From assembly GCA_902558105.1 (NCBI GenBank), contig CACECR010000002.1, forward strand, positions 1 to 54,021: a stretch of DNA of 54,021 nucleotides, in the 5' to 3' direction. How positions within the stretch are numbered: position 1 is the stretch's first letter; the number at the start of each line of letters is the position of its first letter. The DNA is from an uncultured Candidatus Marinamargulisbacteria bacterium. Its GTDB lineage: Bacteria; Margulisbacteria; Marinamargulisbacteria; UBA817; CACECR01. The notes under the pieces are model-generated. The model did no database searches. It saw only the letters and a program-made list of their open reading frames with translations, and was not told the DNA's origin. A program made the position numbers and the translations under genes. Positions 37,116-47,046 of this stretch are shown here, one piece after another.

Positions 37116-38124
37116 ATAATCTACGAATAAAAATATCTAAAGAAAAATTAGCTTTTGCATGCTTATAACAACTATGCCGTGAAATGTTATCTACGCTTGT
37201 AATAGCAGACTTCCAAGAAAGGTCACTTTCATCAACTAAAAATCCTGTTACATTATGCTCAATAATTTCCGATGGACCTCCATAGTTATGTGCGATAACA
37301 GGAGTTCCAGACAGCAAACTTTCTAAAACAACTTTTCCAAATGCTTCAATCCAAGTAGCTGTATGTAAAAAAACATAAGCTTTAGATAAAACGTTTTTAT
37401 ATTCGTCACCTTTTAAATAACCTAAATATGATATTAAAGACATATCATATGAATTAGATAATCGATTATAGTAACTTTCATCTTCCATAAAACCACATAA
37501 GTAAAGAGGACGTTGCAACTGATTTGATAAATGAACAGCTAAGTTTAATTTTTTTTCAGAACTAATACGCCCAGACCATAACATATAATTGTGTGGATCG
37601 TTTGAAAAATCATACATACAACTTGATAATCCACCAAAGATAACTTGAGGTGAACTAAAATCTAAATTAAATGTATTAAATTGAGAAAAAGATAAAAATG
37701 CATACTTAAAAGGGTGCTGATTAAAATAATGTTTAAACTCATTATTAAACTGTTTAGAGGGGGAACTCATACTCACATAATGATATAGATTTTGATAAAA
37801 TAGAGAAAATAGAGGTAAATCAAATGAAAAGTTTATCACTTTATCATAATTTGAAACATGATTACTTAAATAATTAATATAATGATGCACTAACGAATCA
37901 TCAGAATAATTAATTTCAGAATAATTTTGTGCAGGAGGTGATAAACTCCCTTTGCATTCAATGACAGTTGCGGGTACATTTACAATACTACCTTGAGGAA
38001 CAAGAATAGTAATAGAGTGATCCGTCGATAACTCAGATGTTAAATTTCTAATAGTGTCATTGACACCTCCAGATTTTCCAGAATGAAAATGAGCAACACT
38101 TGTTGCAATAAATAATAGTTTCAT
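37087..38124 (-). CDS. GT-B (GT4-like) glycosyltransferase, candidate pteridine glycosyltransferase
   Basis: C-terminal EAFGKVVLESLLSGTPVIAHNYGGPSEIIEHNVTGFLVDE is the GT4 nucleotide-sugar motif. 2-nt gap after folE. Its 3' end overlaps the PTPS 3' end by 29 nt. Confidence 0.7.
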   Translation of the reverse strand: MKLLFIATSVAHFHSGKSGGVNDTIRNLTSELSTDHSITILVPQGSIVNVPATVIECKGSLSPPAQNYSEINYSDDSLVHHYINYLSNHVSNYDKVINFSFDLPLFSLFYQNLYHYVSMSSPSKQFNNEFKHYFNQHPFKYAFLSFSQFNTFNLDFSSPQVIFGGLSSCMYDFSNDPHNYMLWSGRISSEKKLNLAVHLSNQLQRPLYLCGFMEDESYYNRLSNSYDMSLISYLGYLKGDEYKNVLSKAYVFLHTATWIEAFGKVVLESLLSGTPVIAHNYGGPSEIIEHNVTGFLVDESDLSWKSAITSVDNISRHSCYKHAKANFSLDIFIRRLFNWIQAHNN

Positions 38125-38126
38125 TA

Positions 38127-38666
38127 CTATTTTATTAAGTTTATAAAGTCATTACGATATATGGCATCGTCTTTAAAACAGCCTAACATACTCTTAGTTA
38201 ACATTGACGCACTTTGTGTTTTAACACCCCTCATCATCATACATAAATGCTGAGCCTCTATGATCACAGCAACACCTTGAGCATTAAGTGACTTAAATAG
38301 AGTATCTGCAATTTGATATGTTAATTTTTCTTGAACTTGTAATCGTCTAGAATAAGTATCAACGATACGAGAAATTTTCGATAAACCTATAATTGAAGAA
38401 TTGGGAACATAAGCCACATGACATTTTCCAAAGAATGGCAATAAATGATGTTCACATAATGAATAAACTTCAATATCTTTAACAATTACAATATCCTGAT
38501 TTTCTGCTGGAAAAATGGATCCTTCAATCATTGACTTTATATCGATAGAATACCCACCAGTGAGATATAAAAATGTTTCAGCAGCACGATCAGGTGTTTT
38601 TAGTAATCCTTCACGAGAAATATCATCACCCGTTGATTCAATAATCTGTTTAAACGCGTCATGCAT
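38127..38666 (-). CDS. folE: GTP cyclohydrolase I (FolE type IA)
   Basis: [38 protein letters not shown] motifs. Confidence 0.92.
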   Translation of the reverse strand: MHDAFKQIIESTGDDISREGLLKTPDRAAETFLYLTGGYSIDIKSMIEGSIFPAENQDIVIVKDIEVYSLCEHHLLPFFGKCHVAYVPNSSIIGLSKISRIVDTYSRRLQVQEKLTYQIADTLFKSLNAQGVAVIIEAQHLCMMMRGVKTQSASMLTKSMLGCFKDDAIYRNDFINLIK

Positions 38667-38667
38667 T

Positions 38668-39120
38668 CTATAATGAATCCAAAACAGCTTCTACATGGCC
38701 TGGAACTCTTACATTCGTCCATTTCTTCTTTATTAAACCATGTTCTGAAATTAAAAAAGTAGACCTCACAATTCCCATGTAAGTCTTACCGTAATTTTTC
38801 TTTTCTTGCCAAACACCATAGTCGTCTGTAACAAAAGGCTCGGTGTCACTTAACAACGTAACAGTTAATTTATGTTTATCACAAAAAGATTTATGTTTTT
38901 TAACAGTATCTCTTGAAAGTCCAAAAACAACCGTATTTTTTGAAGAAAAATCAGTAAGCTTATTTGAAAACTCTATAGCTTCACGTGTACAACCTGGAGT
39001 ATCATCTTTTGGATAGAAATAAAGAACAACAGATTGACCTGCATAATCTGATAATTGATGTTCAATACCATCTTGATCTACTAATTTAAAATTAGGGGCT
39101 TTATCGCCTTCTACTAACAT
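38668..39120 (-). CDS. bcp: Thiol peroxidase Bcp (peroxiredoxin)
   Basis: [18 protein letters not shown] active-site motif. 150 aa. Confidence 0.9.
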   Translation of the reverse strand: MLVEGDKAPNFKLVDQDGIEHQLSDYAGQSVVLYFYPKDDTPGCTREAIEFSNKLTDFSSKNTVVFGLSRDTVKKHKSFCDKHKLTVTLLSDTEPFVTDDYGVWQEKKNYGKTYMGIVRSTFLISEHGLIKKKWTNVRVPGHVEAVLDSL

Positions 39121-39129
39121 ATATTTCTC

Positions 39130-40044
39130 CTATACATAAGTAAGCCAATCTTTGTATGACTCTTTCTTTCCTTTTACAATATTAAAATAAAGATCCTGAA
39201 TTCGTTTAGTTGTCAAACCTGGCGTTCCATCATTAATTGCTTGATCATCAAGCTCAACAATCGGTGTAATTTCGGCAGCCGTACCAGTAAAAAAAACTTC
39301 ATCTGCAGTTAAAACATCTTCTAATGTTAATGTAGTATAACTAACAACAAATCCAAGGTCTCTAGCTATTTGAGCCACTGACTGAGCCGTTATGCCATTT
39401 AATAATGATTGATCAGGGGACGGTGTTTTAAATACACCATCCTTAATAATAAATATATTTTCACCAGGACCTTCAGAGACATTACCATCTTTATTTAAAA
39501 GTAAAGCCTCATGATACCCTTTTGAAAGAACTTCTTGTTTAGCTAGTATAGAGTTTGCATAATTTGCTGAACATTTTGATTGAGAGGGAAGCATAGAATT
39601 ATCAATTTTTGTTATAGAACTGGTTTTTACTCTGATCCCATTCTCAATAGCTTCTGAACCTAAATAAGAGCCCCATTCCCAAGCAGCAATGATAGTTTCA
39701 ACTGGATTCTTATAGGGGATAATTCCCATTTCATTATATCCAAAAAAAACAAGGGGTCTGATGTAACAAGATTTTAATTTATTTTCTGAAATAAGTTTTT
39801 TCGTAGATGATATTAATTTTGTTGTAGAATAGGGGACTTCAAAATGATACAGTTTAGCGGATTCATGAAGTCTATCAAAATGTTCTTTGGCTCGAAAAAT
39901 GGCTGGCCCTCTAGAAGTTTCATAAGCACGAATACCTTCAAAAACACTTGAACCATAATGTAATGAATGTGTTAATACATGAGTATTAACTGTATCCCAT
40001 TCTAATAATTCACCATTTTTCCAAATATATTTAGCTTTTAACAT
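39130..40044 (-). CDS. ilvE: Branched-chain amino acid aminotransferase
   Basis: Class IV aminotransferase, ~304 aa. HYGSSVFEGIRAY, EGPGENIF, TGTAAEI motifs. Confidence 0.9.
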   Translation of the reverse strand: MLKAKYIWKNGELLEWDTVNTHVLTHSLHYGSSVFEGIRAYETSRGPAIFRAKEHFDRLHESAKLYHFEVPYSTTKLISSTKKLISENKLKSCYIRPLVFFGYNEMGIIPYKNPVETIIAAWEWGSYLGSEAIENGIRVKTSSITKIDNSMLPSQSKCSANYANSILAKQEVLSKGYHEALLLNKDGNVSEGPGENIFIIKDGVFKTPSPDQSLLNGITAQSVAQIARDLGFVVSYTTLTLEDVLTADEVFFTGTAAEITPIVELDDQAINDGTPGLTTKRIQDLYFNIVKGKKESYKDWLTYV

Positions 40045-40062
40045 AAGAAAACGTCTAGACTC

Positions 40063-40395
40063 CTAAGTTGTTAATAATGTACGTAATTCACCGGATTCAA
40101 ATAATTCAGTAATAATATCACAACCACCTACAAACTCACCTCGAACATATAGCTGTGGAATAGTAGGCCAATCTGAAAATTCTTTAATTCCTTGTCGTAA
40201 TGACATATCTTCAAGCACATCTTTAGTTTCAAATTCAACACCAATTTCAGACAAAATATGAACAACCTGAGCTGAAAACCCACATTGTGGCATAAACTTT
40301 TTCCCCTTCATATAAAGCATAATCGAGTGAGTATCAATGTCCTTTTGTATTTGCTTTTTAGCTTCATTGATAGATTCTTGTGTTACGTCTTCCAT
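40063..40395 (-). CDS. grxD: Monothiol glutaredoxin (Grx4 family)
   Basis: CGFS active site (PQCGFSAQV). WPTIPQLYV.GEFVGGCDI. Confidence 0.92.
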   Translation of the reverse strand: MEDVTQESINEAKKQIQKDIDTHSIMLYMKGKKFMPQCGFSAQVVHILSEIGVEFETKDVLEDMSLRQGIKEFSDWPTIPQLYVRGEFVGGCDIITELFESGELRTLLTT

Positions 40396-40407
40396 AGGAA
40401 CTCCTTT

Positions 40408-40671
40408 CTAATTTGCTAATGGAAATAAATGTTTTGACTCTTGCCATTTTTCAGGCGAAAAAGTTTTCAATGCAAGTGCATGAACTTGTTCTTTAAACTC
40501 ATTTTTTAAAGCATTCATTACACATTGGTGTTGTTTTACAAGACTAAGATTTGTAAATGATGCATCTATAACAATAGCTTGAAAATGCTCACCATCTTGA
40601 TGAGGATCCATTACATAAACTTGAGCATCGGGAAGAACTTCTAAAATTTTTTGCTTTATTAAACTTATCAT
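40408..40671 (-). CDS. BolA-family protein
   Basis: GEHFQAIVIDASF..LSLVKQHQCVMNAL..VHALALKTF pattern. Adjacent to grxD, its known partner. Confidence 0.8.
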   Translation of the reverse strand: MISLIKQKILEVLPDAQVYVMDPHQDGEHFQAIVIDASFTNLSLVKQHQCVMNALKNEFKEQVHALALKTFSPEKWQESKHLFPLAN

Positions 40672-40702
40672 GCCGTTATTATGTCACCTTTAAATAGTTA
40701 AA

Positions 40703-41650
40703 TCAATTTAAGATCATCGATTCTAAAGATTCAATTACATTTTTTGCCAAATCTTTATTCTCCAAATTCGAAATCTCTTGAAGACATGTTGGAGATGTTA
40801 CATTAACTTCTATTAATTTACCTCCAATAATATCAATGCCCACAAAAAAAAGTCCAAGGTCTATTAATCTAGGAGAAAGATGATCTACTATTTTTAGATC
40901 ATTTTCTGTAATAGTAGTTGATAATGGAACTCCACCTGCAAAAAAATTATGTCTAGGATCTGATCCTTGCTGCTTTCTTAACACAGCACCTAAAGGGTTT
41001 CCATTACAAAGTAATATTCGCTTATCACCTTCAGTAGAGGCCTCTATAAATTCCTGACAAATAATAGGATGCCGACCATTTAACGTTACGGTTTCTAATG
41101 TTGCATTAATATTTAGATCATCGATAGATAAAATAAAAATAGACTGACCACCAAATCCATTAATTGGTTTTACAACAATTTTTTTATGTTGTTCTAAGAA
41201 ACGTTTAATTTGACTAATTGAAGAGGTCACAAAAGTATCTGGAGTAAGATGATTAAATTGTGTAGCCCATATTTTTTCATTTACCATACGAACACTGGAA
41301 GGATTATTAAATACAATTGTTCGGGTACATCTATCTAGTAACCAAGTATTGGCTAAATAAAGATCATCAAAAGGAGGATCAGTACGAATTAAAACACACT
41401 CAACATCATCTTCAGTTAAAACATGATAATCTGATAAATACTCAAAAAAATTAGTAGTAGTATAATTAAAAGTAATTTTACGAACTTCAAACAAAACACT
41501 AGATTGAGGGGACTGTTGATAAGAAAGTCCATTACTAGGTAAAAAATAAATTGAATGTCCCAATTCCTCAGCTTTTTTTAACAAAGCATAACTAGTGTCT
41601 TTTAAAGGATTAATTGATTCAATAGGATCCATTAGGCATACTAAATTCAT
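40703..41650 (-). CDS. gshB: Glutathione synthetase (ATP-grasp)
   Basis: MDPI.SINP.KDTS N-terminus. VVKPINGFGGQSIF. GD.R.L..NG. VGIDIIGGKLIEVNVTSP. Confidence 0.88.
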   Translation of the reverse strand: MNLVCLMDPIESINPLKDTSYALLKKAEELGHSIYFLPSNGLSYQQSPQSSVLFEVRKITFNYTTTNFFEYLSDYHVLTEDDVECVLIRTDPPFDDLYLANTWLLDRCTRTIVFNNPSSVRMVNEKIWATQFNHLTPDTFVTSSISQIKRFLEQHKKIVVKPINGFGGQSIFILSIDDLNINATLETVTLNGRHPIICQEFIEASTEGDKRILLCNGNPLGAVLRKQQGSDPRHNFFAGGVPLSTTITENDLKIVDHLSPRLIDLGLFFVGIDIIGGKLIEVNVTSPTCLQEISNLENKDLAKNVIESLESMILN

Positions 41651-42927
41651 TTCAAATCCCTTTTCTCAAATGTAGCTGCTAATCCAGCGATCCTTGAAAT
41701 TAAACCATAGAGAAGCAACTGGTCACTAGATAATGAAGGGCCACAATCATAAGGAGTATTATTATCGATGGGCACTAGATCACTAGGTTCAAGGCAAACA
41801 GGTTCAAAGTACATCCCAGTAGAATTTAAATTATCTAGATCTGATTTTTTAGAATTAATTCGATAGAAACTACCTACTGGTTGGTTATGAATACTGTAAA
41901 CAACCATTTCTGCCGATTGGTTTGATACGGTTAAATTTGAATATACACCTTCTTGTAAAATGTAACTTGTAATAGGAACAGCACTTTTCCCTTTAAATAG
42001 TTTATTACGAGCTTTTCTATTTAAATCTAAAATATCTTCCGGAGAATGTATGGCCACAACACCCATACCATAAGTTCCAGAATTAGCTTTTAAAAACAAA
42101 TAAGGTTTTTTTGAAATAGAATATTTATAATAGTAACGTTGAATGTCAGAAAATAATTTATCTGCAACTTTATAAAGTTTTTGGCGATCGTCAGATAGAT
42201 TAATATCTATTTCATCAACTTCTTCATAAAGAGTGGACAAAATCCATGGGTCAAATGTATCTAAACACCCTAAGTGATCAAATAAATCAGTGGTAATCTG
42301 ATTAAAAAAATGAAAATGATTAGTTTTTTTTCTACGGTGCCAACCTAACAAGGGAGATGGATAAATTGGCAAGTCAGATTCTATTAATTCATCTGGAATG
42401 CCAGCGGTTAAATCATTATTTAAAATAATTAAATCAATATCGGATTGTCCTAATTTAATGGCATCAATAATTGGACGTAATCGACGAATAGAAACCTGGT
42501 GATCTAAGGCTGTTGTTAGTGAAAGAAAGTCTGAAGTCATTTTTTCAATCATAGTTTCAGACATAAAAGTGGCAATTGTAGTTTTAAAGCCCGCATCATT
42601 AGCAATTTTATCTAATGTATAAATATTTTCTAAGTACCATTTATTTCGTGTATGCTCTTCACAAATAATTAAGATATGCTTACAATCTGTAGCTTTACTA
42701 AAAATAGCTGTCTTAAACTTTTCAACTGCATTTCGAATACTAACATGACATAAGTTATTAAATCCTGCAGGAAATAAATTAGTGTCTATCGAAGTGGCTT
42801 TAAAACCAGAGTCTCTAATATCAACACTTGTGTAGACAGGTAAATCTAATGTCGAACAAAAAGAATCAAACCAAGCATTAGCTTTTTGTTCATTTTCCTT
42901 ATAAAACGATAAAAAAGAATTAATCAT
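41647..42927 (-). CDS. gshA: Glutamate--cysteine ligase, rare ~430-aa type (T. ferrooxidans family as I recall TIGR02049)
   Basis: PVYTSVDIRDSGFKATSIDTNLFPAGFNNLC matches my memory of that family. 4-nt overlap with gshB. Confidence 0.6.
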   Translation of the reverse strand: MINSFLSFYKENEQKANAWFDSFCSTLDLPVYTSVDIRDSGFKATSIDTNLFPAGFNNLCHVSIRNAVEKFKTAIFSKATDCKHILIICEEHTRNKWYLENIYTLDKIANDAGFKTTIATFMSETMIEKMTSDFLSLTTALDHQVSIRRLRPIIDAIKLGQSDIDLIILNNDLTAGIPDELIESDLPIYPSPLLGWHRRKKTNHFHFFNQITTDLFDHLGCLDTFDPWILSTLYEEVDEIDINLSDDRQKLYKVADKLFSDIQRYYYKYSISKKPYLFLKANSGTYGMGVVAIHSPEDILDLNRKARNKLFKGKSAVPITSYILQEGVYSNLTVSNQSAEMVVYSIHNQPVGSFYRINSKKSDLDNLNSTGMYFEPVCLEPSDLVPIDNNTPYDCGPSLSSDQLLLYGLISRIAGLAATFEKRDLK

Positions 42928-43945
42928 GAGAAATTAATGTATTTAATTTATTGGATAAATAATGAACCCATGGGTCCTGAGAATTTAAACAGGGTATATA
43001 AGTGAAAGATTCACCACCATTTTCCATAAACTCTTCCTTACCCTCCATAGCAATTTCTTCTAATGTTTCTAAACAATCTGTCACAAAAGCTGGACACATT
43101 ACTAATAACTTCTTAACTCCATTTTTAGCTAAATGCTCGAGAGTGTCATCAGTTGCTGGCTCAATCCAAGGATCTTTTCCAAGGCGTGATTGATAAGCAA
43201 TAGACCACTTATCATCAGGAATACCGGACTTCTTTACTAATAGTTCAGTTGTCTTAACCGTTTGAGCTTTATAACAAGTAGTATGAGCCTCAGGACCACC
43301 TTTATGACAACAGTCATCTATTTTGTAACAGGTATAACAAGTAGGGTCTGTTTTTTTTAGATGTCTGACAGGAACACCATGGTAACTAAATAAAATATGA
43401 TCATAATCGTTCAGATAAGAATGCATTGATTTATGAAGTGCGTCAATATATTGCGGATCATTATAGTAAGAATACAAGATCTTTAGTTTAATAGTTGGAT
43501 GATATTTTTTGAGATATTTTTGAGTATATACAACTATACTTTCAGTAGTAGACATTGCATAATGGGGGAACATTGGCGCTAAAACTATAGTATCTAAGTC
43601 TGGTTTTTTTGCGATTAAATTTGACACAGCAAGCTTTATGGATGGATTTTGATATCTCATTCCCAGCTCAATAGGAGCATCAACTTTGTCTTCTAATTTA
43701 TTAGCTAAGTCCTGAGTATATACAACTAAAGGAGACCCATTATCTAACCACACACTTTTATAAGCTTCAGCCGATTTACGTGGACGTAATGGTAATACAA
43801 AACAATATACAATAAGTGCCCTTAACAGAAATGGAAGGTCAATAACCCTAGGATCCATTAAAAACTGAGCTAAATACCTTCTTACATCTGAAACTTTTGT
43901 AGAATCAGGAGAACCAATATTCGATAAAATAATTCCTGTACTCAT
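42920..43945 (-). CDS. hemH: Ferrochelatase
   Basis: GIILSNIGSPDS N-terminus. FSYHGVP. LLVMCPAFVTDCLETLEEI. Confidence 0.9.
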   Translation of the reverse strand: MSTGIILSNIGSPDSTKVSDVRRYLAQFLMDPRVIDLPFLLRALIVYCFVLPLRPRKSAEAYKSVWLDNGSPLVVYTQDLANKLEDKVDAPIELGMRYQNPSIKLAVSNLIAKKPDLDTIVLAPMFPHYAMSTTESIVVYTQKYLKKYHPTIKLKILYSYYNDPQYIDALHKSMHSYLNDYDHILFSYHGVPVRHLKKTDPTCYTCYKIDDCCHKGGPEAHTTCYKAQTVKTTELLVKKSGIPDDKWSIAYQSRLGKDPWIEPATDDTLEHLAKNGVKKLLVMCPAFVTDCLETLEEIAMEGKEEFMENGGESFTYIPCLNSQDPWVHYLSNKLNTLISHD

Positions 43946-45033
43946 TAGCTATGCTTCTTTGAAAACGTATCCATAAATTCTACAAGAGCCGTCACATTTT
44001 CGTGAGATTGGGCATTGTAGATAGATGCTCTTAAGCCCCCAACAGAACGATGACCTTTTAATTCAGTTAGCCCTGCCTCTTTAGCTTCTTTCATAAATGT
44101 ATCTTCTAATTCAACATGATTACCTTGAACACGAAAGACAACATTCATATTAGATCGATCAGCGTGAGCAACTGGACAGTAAAACATCTCATTAGAATCA
44201 ATGGCATCATATAGAATTTTTGCTTTCAATTCATTTTTATGTTCAATAACTTCAAGTCCACCTTGTTCATCAATCCAATCAAACATTAAACCAGCCATGT
44301 AAATTCCAAATGTTGGAGGTGTATTATACATACTAGTATTATCTGAATGAATCTTATATTGCAACATAGAAGGATTCTCACTATTTGATCTTTCCATCAA
44401 ATCTTTTCTAATGATAACAATTGTTAAACCTGAAGGGCCAATATTTTTTTGAGCGCCCGCAAAAATAACACCGAAATCTGAGATATTTAATCGTCTAGAT
44501 AAAATATCTGATGACATATCCACAACTAACGGTGCAACTGTTTTCGGAAATGATTTAAATTGTGTACCAAAAATAGTATTGTTACTACACATATATGTAT
44601 AGGCCGCATTTTCAGAAAACTGAATTGAATCAATCTCAGGAAGTGATAAGAAATTGGCGTCTTCAGTGGATGCAACAACATTTACTTTAGATACTTTAGA
44701 TATTTCTTTTAAAGCTTTCTTAGTCCATGATCCTGTATTAATTAAGTCAACCGGTGCACCATTTAAGGAAAGATTTAAAGGAACCATTGAGAATTGAAGA
44801 GAGGCACCTCCCTGTAAAAATAAAACGTCATAATCTTCAGGAATATTAGCAATTTTACGTAATTGTTGTTCAGCATGCTCATAAATTGAAACAAATTCTT
44901 TAGACCGGTGACTCATCTCCATAACTGATAAGCCCTTGCCTTTCCAATTTACCAAATCTTGTTGAGCTTGTTCCAAAATTGATAAGGGTAGAGTAGACGG
45001 ACCTGCACTAAAGTTTACAACTCTTTTATTCAT
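43945..45033 (-). CDS. serC: Phosphoserine aminotransferase
   Basis: Start trimmed to MNKRVVNFSAGPSTLP, preceded by GGAGAA. GAQKNIGPSGLT (PLP Lys). GGLRASIYNA. Confidence 0.9.
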   Translation of the reverse strand: MNKRVVNFSAGPSTLPLSILEQAQQDLVNWKGKGLSVMEMSHRSKEFVSIYEHAEQQLRKIANIPEDYDVLFLQGGASLQFSMVPLNLSLNGAPVDLINTGSWTKKALKEISKVSKVNVVASTEDANFLSLPEIDSIQFSENAAYTYMCSNNTIFGTQFKSFPKTVAPLVVDMSSDILSRRLNISDFGVIFAGAQKNIGPSGLTIVIIRKDLMERSNSENPSMLQYKIHSDNTSMYNTPPTFGIYMAGLMFDWIDEQGGLEVIEHKNELKAKILYDAIDSNEMFYCPVAHADRSNMNVVFRVQGNHVELEDTFMKEAKEAGLTELKGHRSVGGLRASIYNAQSHENVTALVEFMDTFSKKHS

Positions 45034-45181
45034 TATTAATTCTCCAGATGATGAAAGATTAGTATATATTAATATAAGTTTATCGAAATAGAAAAATCTG
45101 AGCAATAGTAAATCTAAAAAAATTAGTTTAATATTAATATATGATTGATGGGGATTTCAAACAAATAATACAGGAGAATTC

Positions 45182-46687
45182 ATGGCTATTTATTCTAAAA
45201 TATTACTTATAACAGTTTTAAGTGTACTTGTGTCATGCTCATCTGAACAAACTATAGATTCTAATGTAAATGAACGAATAAAGAATTTTCATAAAAAGAA
45301 ATCTGATATTTTTATTGAACCGAGAAATCTAAATGAATTTGCAGTAACTCAACGTCAATTTGACATTAATTGGTTGTATGATGACGTTGGAAAAGAATAT
45401 AGCAAATACACGTCAAAATTAAGAGAAAATCAATTTACAAAAGACGAACTATATAAATTATTAAAAAGAGCCTATATTCCTCATGATGAAGAATTTAGAT
45501 ATACACATAAACGTGCCGCAATTTATGCATTGAGTGCTTCGTTGTATCGAGAAGCAAACACAAATCCTTACAATGAAAATATTATCGAATTTAGAAACAT
45601 TATGTATAACCCTGAATTTGTGTCTATTCTTAGTAAAGAAAATTTAAAAGTTATTGAAACGTTACCTATCAATCTTTCAAATTATTATTCTTTAGTTTAC
45701 AGAGCAATAAAGCAAGATCCAAGGGCATTTAACTTATTAACTATGCAAATAAAAACAGATCCAAAGGTATTGAATTATTTGTTTTATAAAATTAACAAAA
45801 ACTATACTCACAAATACCAAAAAATGGCGATTCAGTACGCTACATACGATCAAGCCAAAGACTATCTTTCCCGAAATGGTTTACTTCTTGAGTTTGTAAA
45901 TAAAGACTTCCAGGATAATTCAATTCTAGTTTACACAGCGATTCTTCAAAATGAAAAGGCAATCACGTTTGCTTCTCCAAGATTACGTCGCATTGTTGAA
46001 ACAAGTGGTGCAGAAAAACTAATTGGATTATCCGCAAAATTATACATAATAAAAGATGAGTTCTCTCAAAAAACATCAGATATTTGGTACTTTAGTAAAA
46101 ACAAAAGTGTTGAGATAGTTGATAATATTTCAGCCAGTACAAGTAAAATGTACCAAAAAGCTAGATATTATATATTTGATGAAGAAATAGAAGATAGTTT
46201 TATTGATGAAGAACTTCAACTTGAAGAGCTTGTGTCGAGTAGTAAAATGATACCATTTACAAATGATAAAAGCATTGTAACAAATGTAAAAACTCTTATT
46301 GAAGTTGAATCATTGAAAAAAAGACCTTTACGTAATTTATGGAGGATTGCCAAAATAAATCGTCAACAAGAAATTTACATTGCATATTACCAACCTCAAG
46401 GAAAACGATACTTAAGTAGCATAATATATAGAAATGGTGATAAGTACATAGTGAGTGATTACAAAGCTACAATTAAAGACAATGGAAGTACAATATGGAG
46501 GTATCTCGATTACGGAAAATTTAATCCTGAAATGATTAAAATTGTAGATATTGAGGAAACAAAAGCTAAAACCATCCGAGTTAAATTTAAATGGGTTGGA
46601 AATGACCAATCAAGTTTGTATTTACTGTCAGAGAAAAATGAAAAATTCGTTAAAGAATTCATTAACTATATCGACAACATAAAATGA
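45182..46687 (+). CDS. Lipoprotein with DUF4116-like repeats
   Basis: Lipobox LSVLVSC. Repeats such as RNGLLLEFVNKDFQDNSILVYTAILQNEKAITFASPRLR resemble the DUF4116 pattern (nGlaL.ya...l.nDkeivlaAv.qn..aL.yAs..Lr). Confidence 0.5.
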   Translation: MAIYSKILLITVLSVLVSCSSEQTIDSNVNERIKNFHKKKSDIFIEPRNLNEFAVTQRQFDINWLYDDVGKEYSKYTSKLRENQFTKDELYKLLKRAYIPHDEEFRYTHKRAAIYALSASLYREANTNPYNENIIEFRNIMYNPEFVSILSKENLKVIETLPINLSNYYSLVYRAIKQDPRAFNLLTMQIKTDPKVLNYLFYKINKNYTHKYQKMAIQYATYDQAKDYLSRNGLLLEFVNKDFQDNSILVYTAILQNEKAITFASPRLRRIVETSGAEKLIGLSAKLYIIKDEFSQKTSDIWYFSKNKSVEIVDNISASTSKMYQKARYYIFDEEIEDSFIDEELQLEELVSSSKMIPFTNDKSIVTNVKTLIEVESLKKRPLRNLWRIAKINRQQEIYIAYYQPQGKRYLSSIIYRNGDKYIVSDYKATIKDNGSTIWRYLDYGKFNPEMIKIVDIEETKAKTIRVKFKWVGNDQSSLYLLSEKNEKFVKEFINYIDNIK

Positions 46688-47046
46688 GCAAAGAAAAAAA
46701 TGTACTGGGTACAATACTTCAGCTATGTAGTATTTCACCAAAGACTGGATTTAGAAGAGATGGATACTGCACGTGTAATGAAATTGATTACGGCCAACAT
46801 ACAATCTGTGTACTATTATCCAAGGATTTTTTAGACTTCTCAGTTAAATGTGGAAATGATTTAGTCACACCAAACCCTGAATATCTTTTTCCCGGACTAA
46901 AACCAGGAGATCAATGGTGTATTTGTTTAAATAGATGGATCGAGGCTTATGAAGCTGGGGTTGCTCCAAAAGTCATTTTAGAATCAACGAACGAATCTGT
47001 TTTAGAAAAAGTATCACTATCATTACTTGAAACTCATCAAGCATAA
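46684..47046 (+). CDS. DUF2237-family protein
   Basis: TGFRRDGYC...DYGQHTICV......GNDL......FPGLKPGDQWCICLNRW motif set. ATGA overlap with the upstream gene. Confidence 0.75.
   Translation: MSKEKNVLGTILQLCSISPKTGFRRDGYCTCNEIDYGQHTICVLLSKDFLDFSVKCGNDLVTPNPEYLFPGLKPGDQWCICLNRWIEAYEAGVAPKVILESTNESVLEKVSLSLLETHQA

Noticed and set aside
10479-45105. N-terminal extensions and non-ATG starts in the ORF track: 10479-11105, 14316-15797, 15811-16539, 26042-26452, 30039-30863, 43945-45105, 35928-, 6528-, 9421-, 16469-.
   Set aside because: In each case an internal ATG is preceded by a good Shine-Dalgarno site, or begins the signal peptide or the conserved family N-terminus. The longer version would overlap a divergent neighbour or add non-homologous residues. 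Coordinates were trimmed accordingly, and the exact starts remain predictions.
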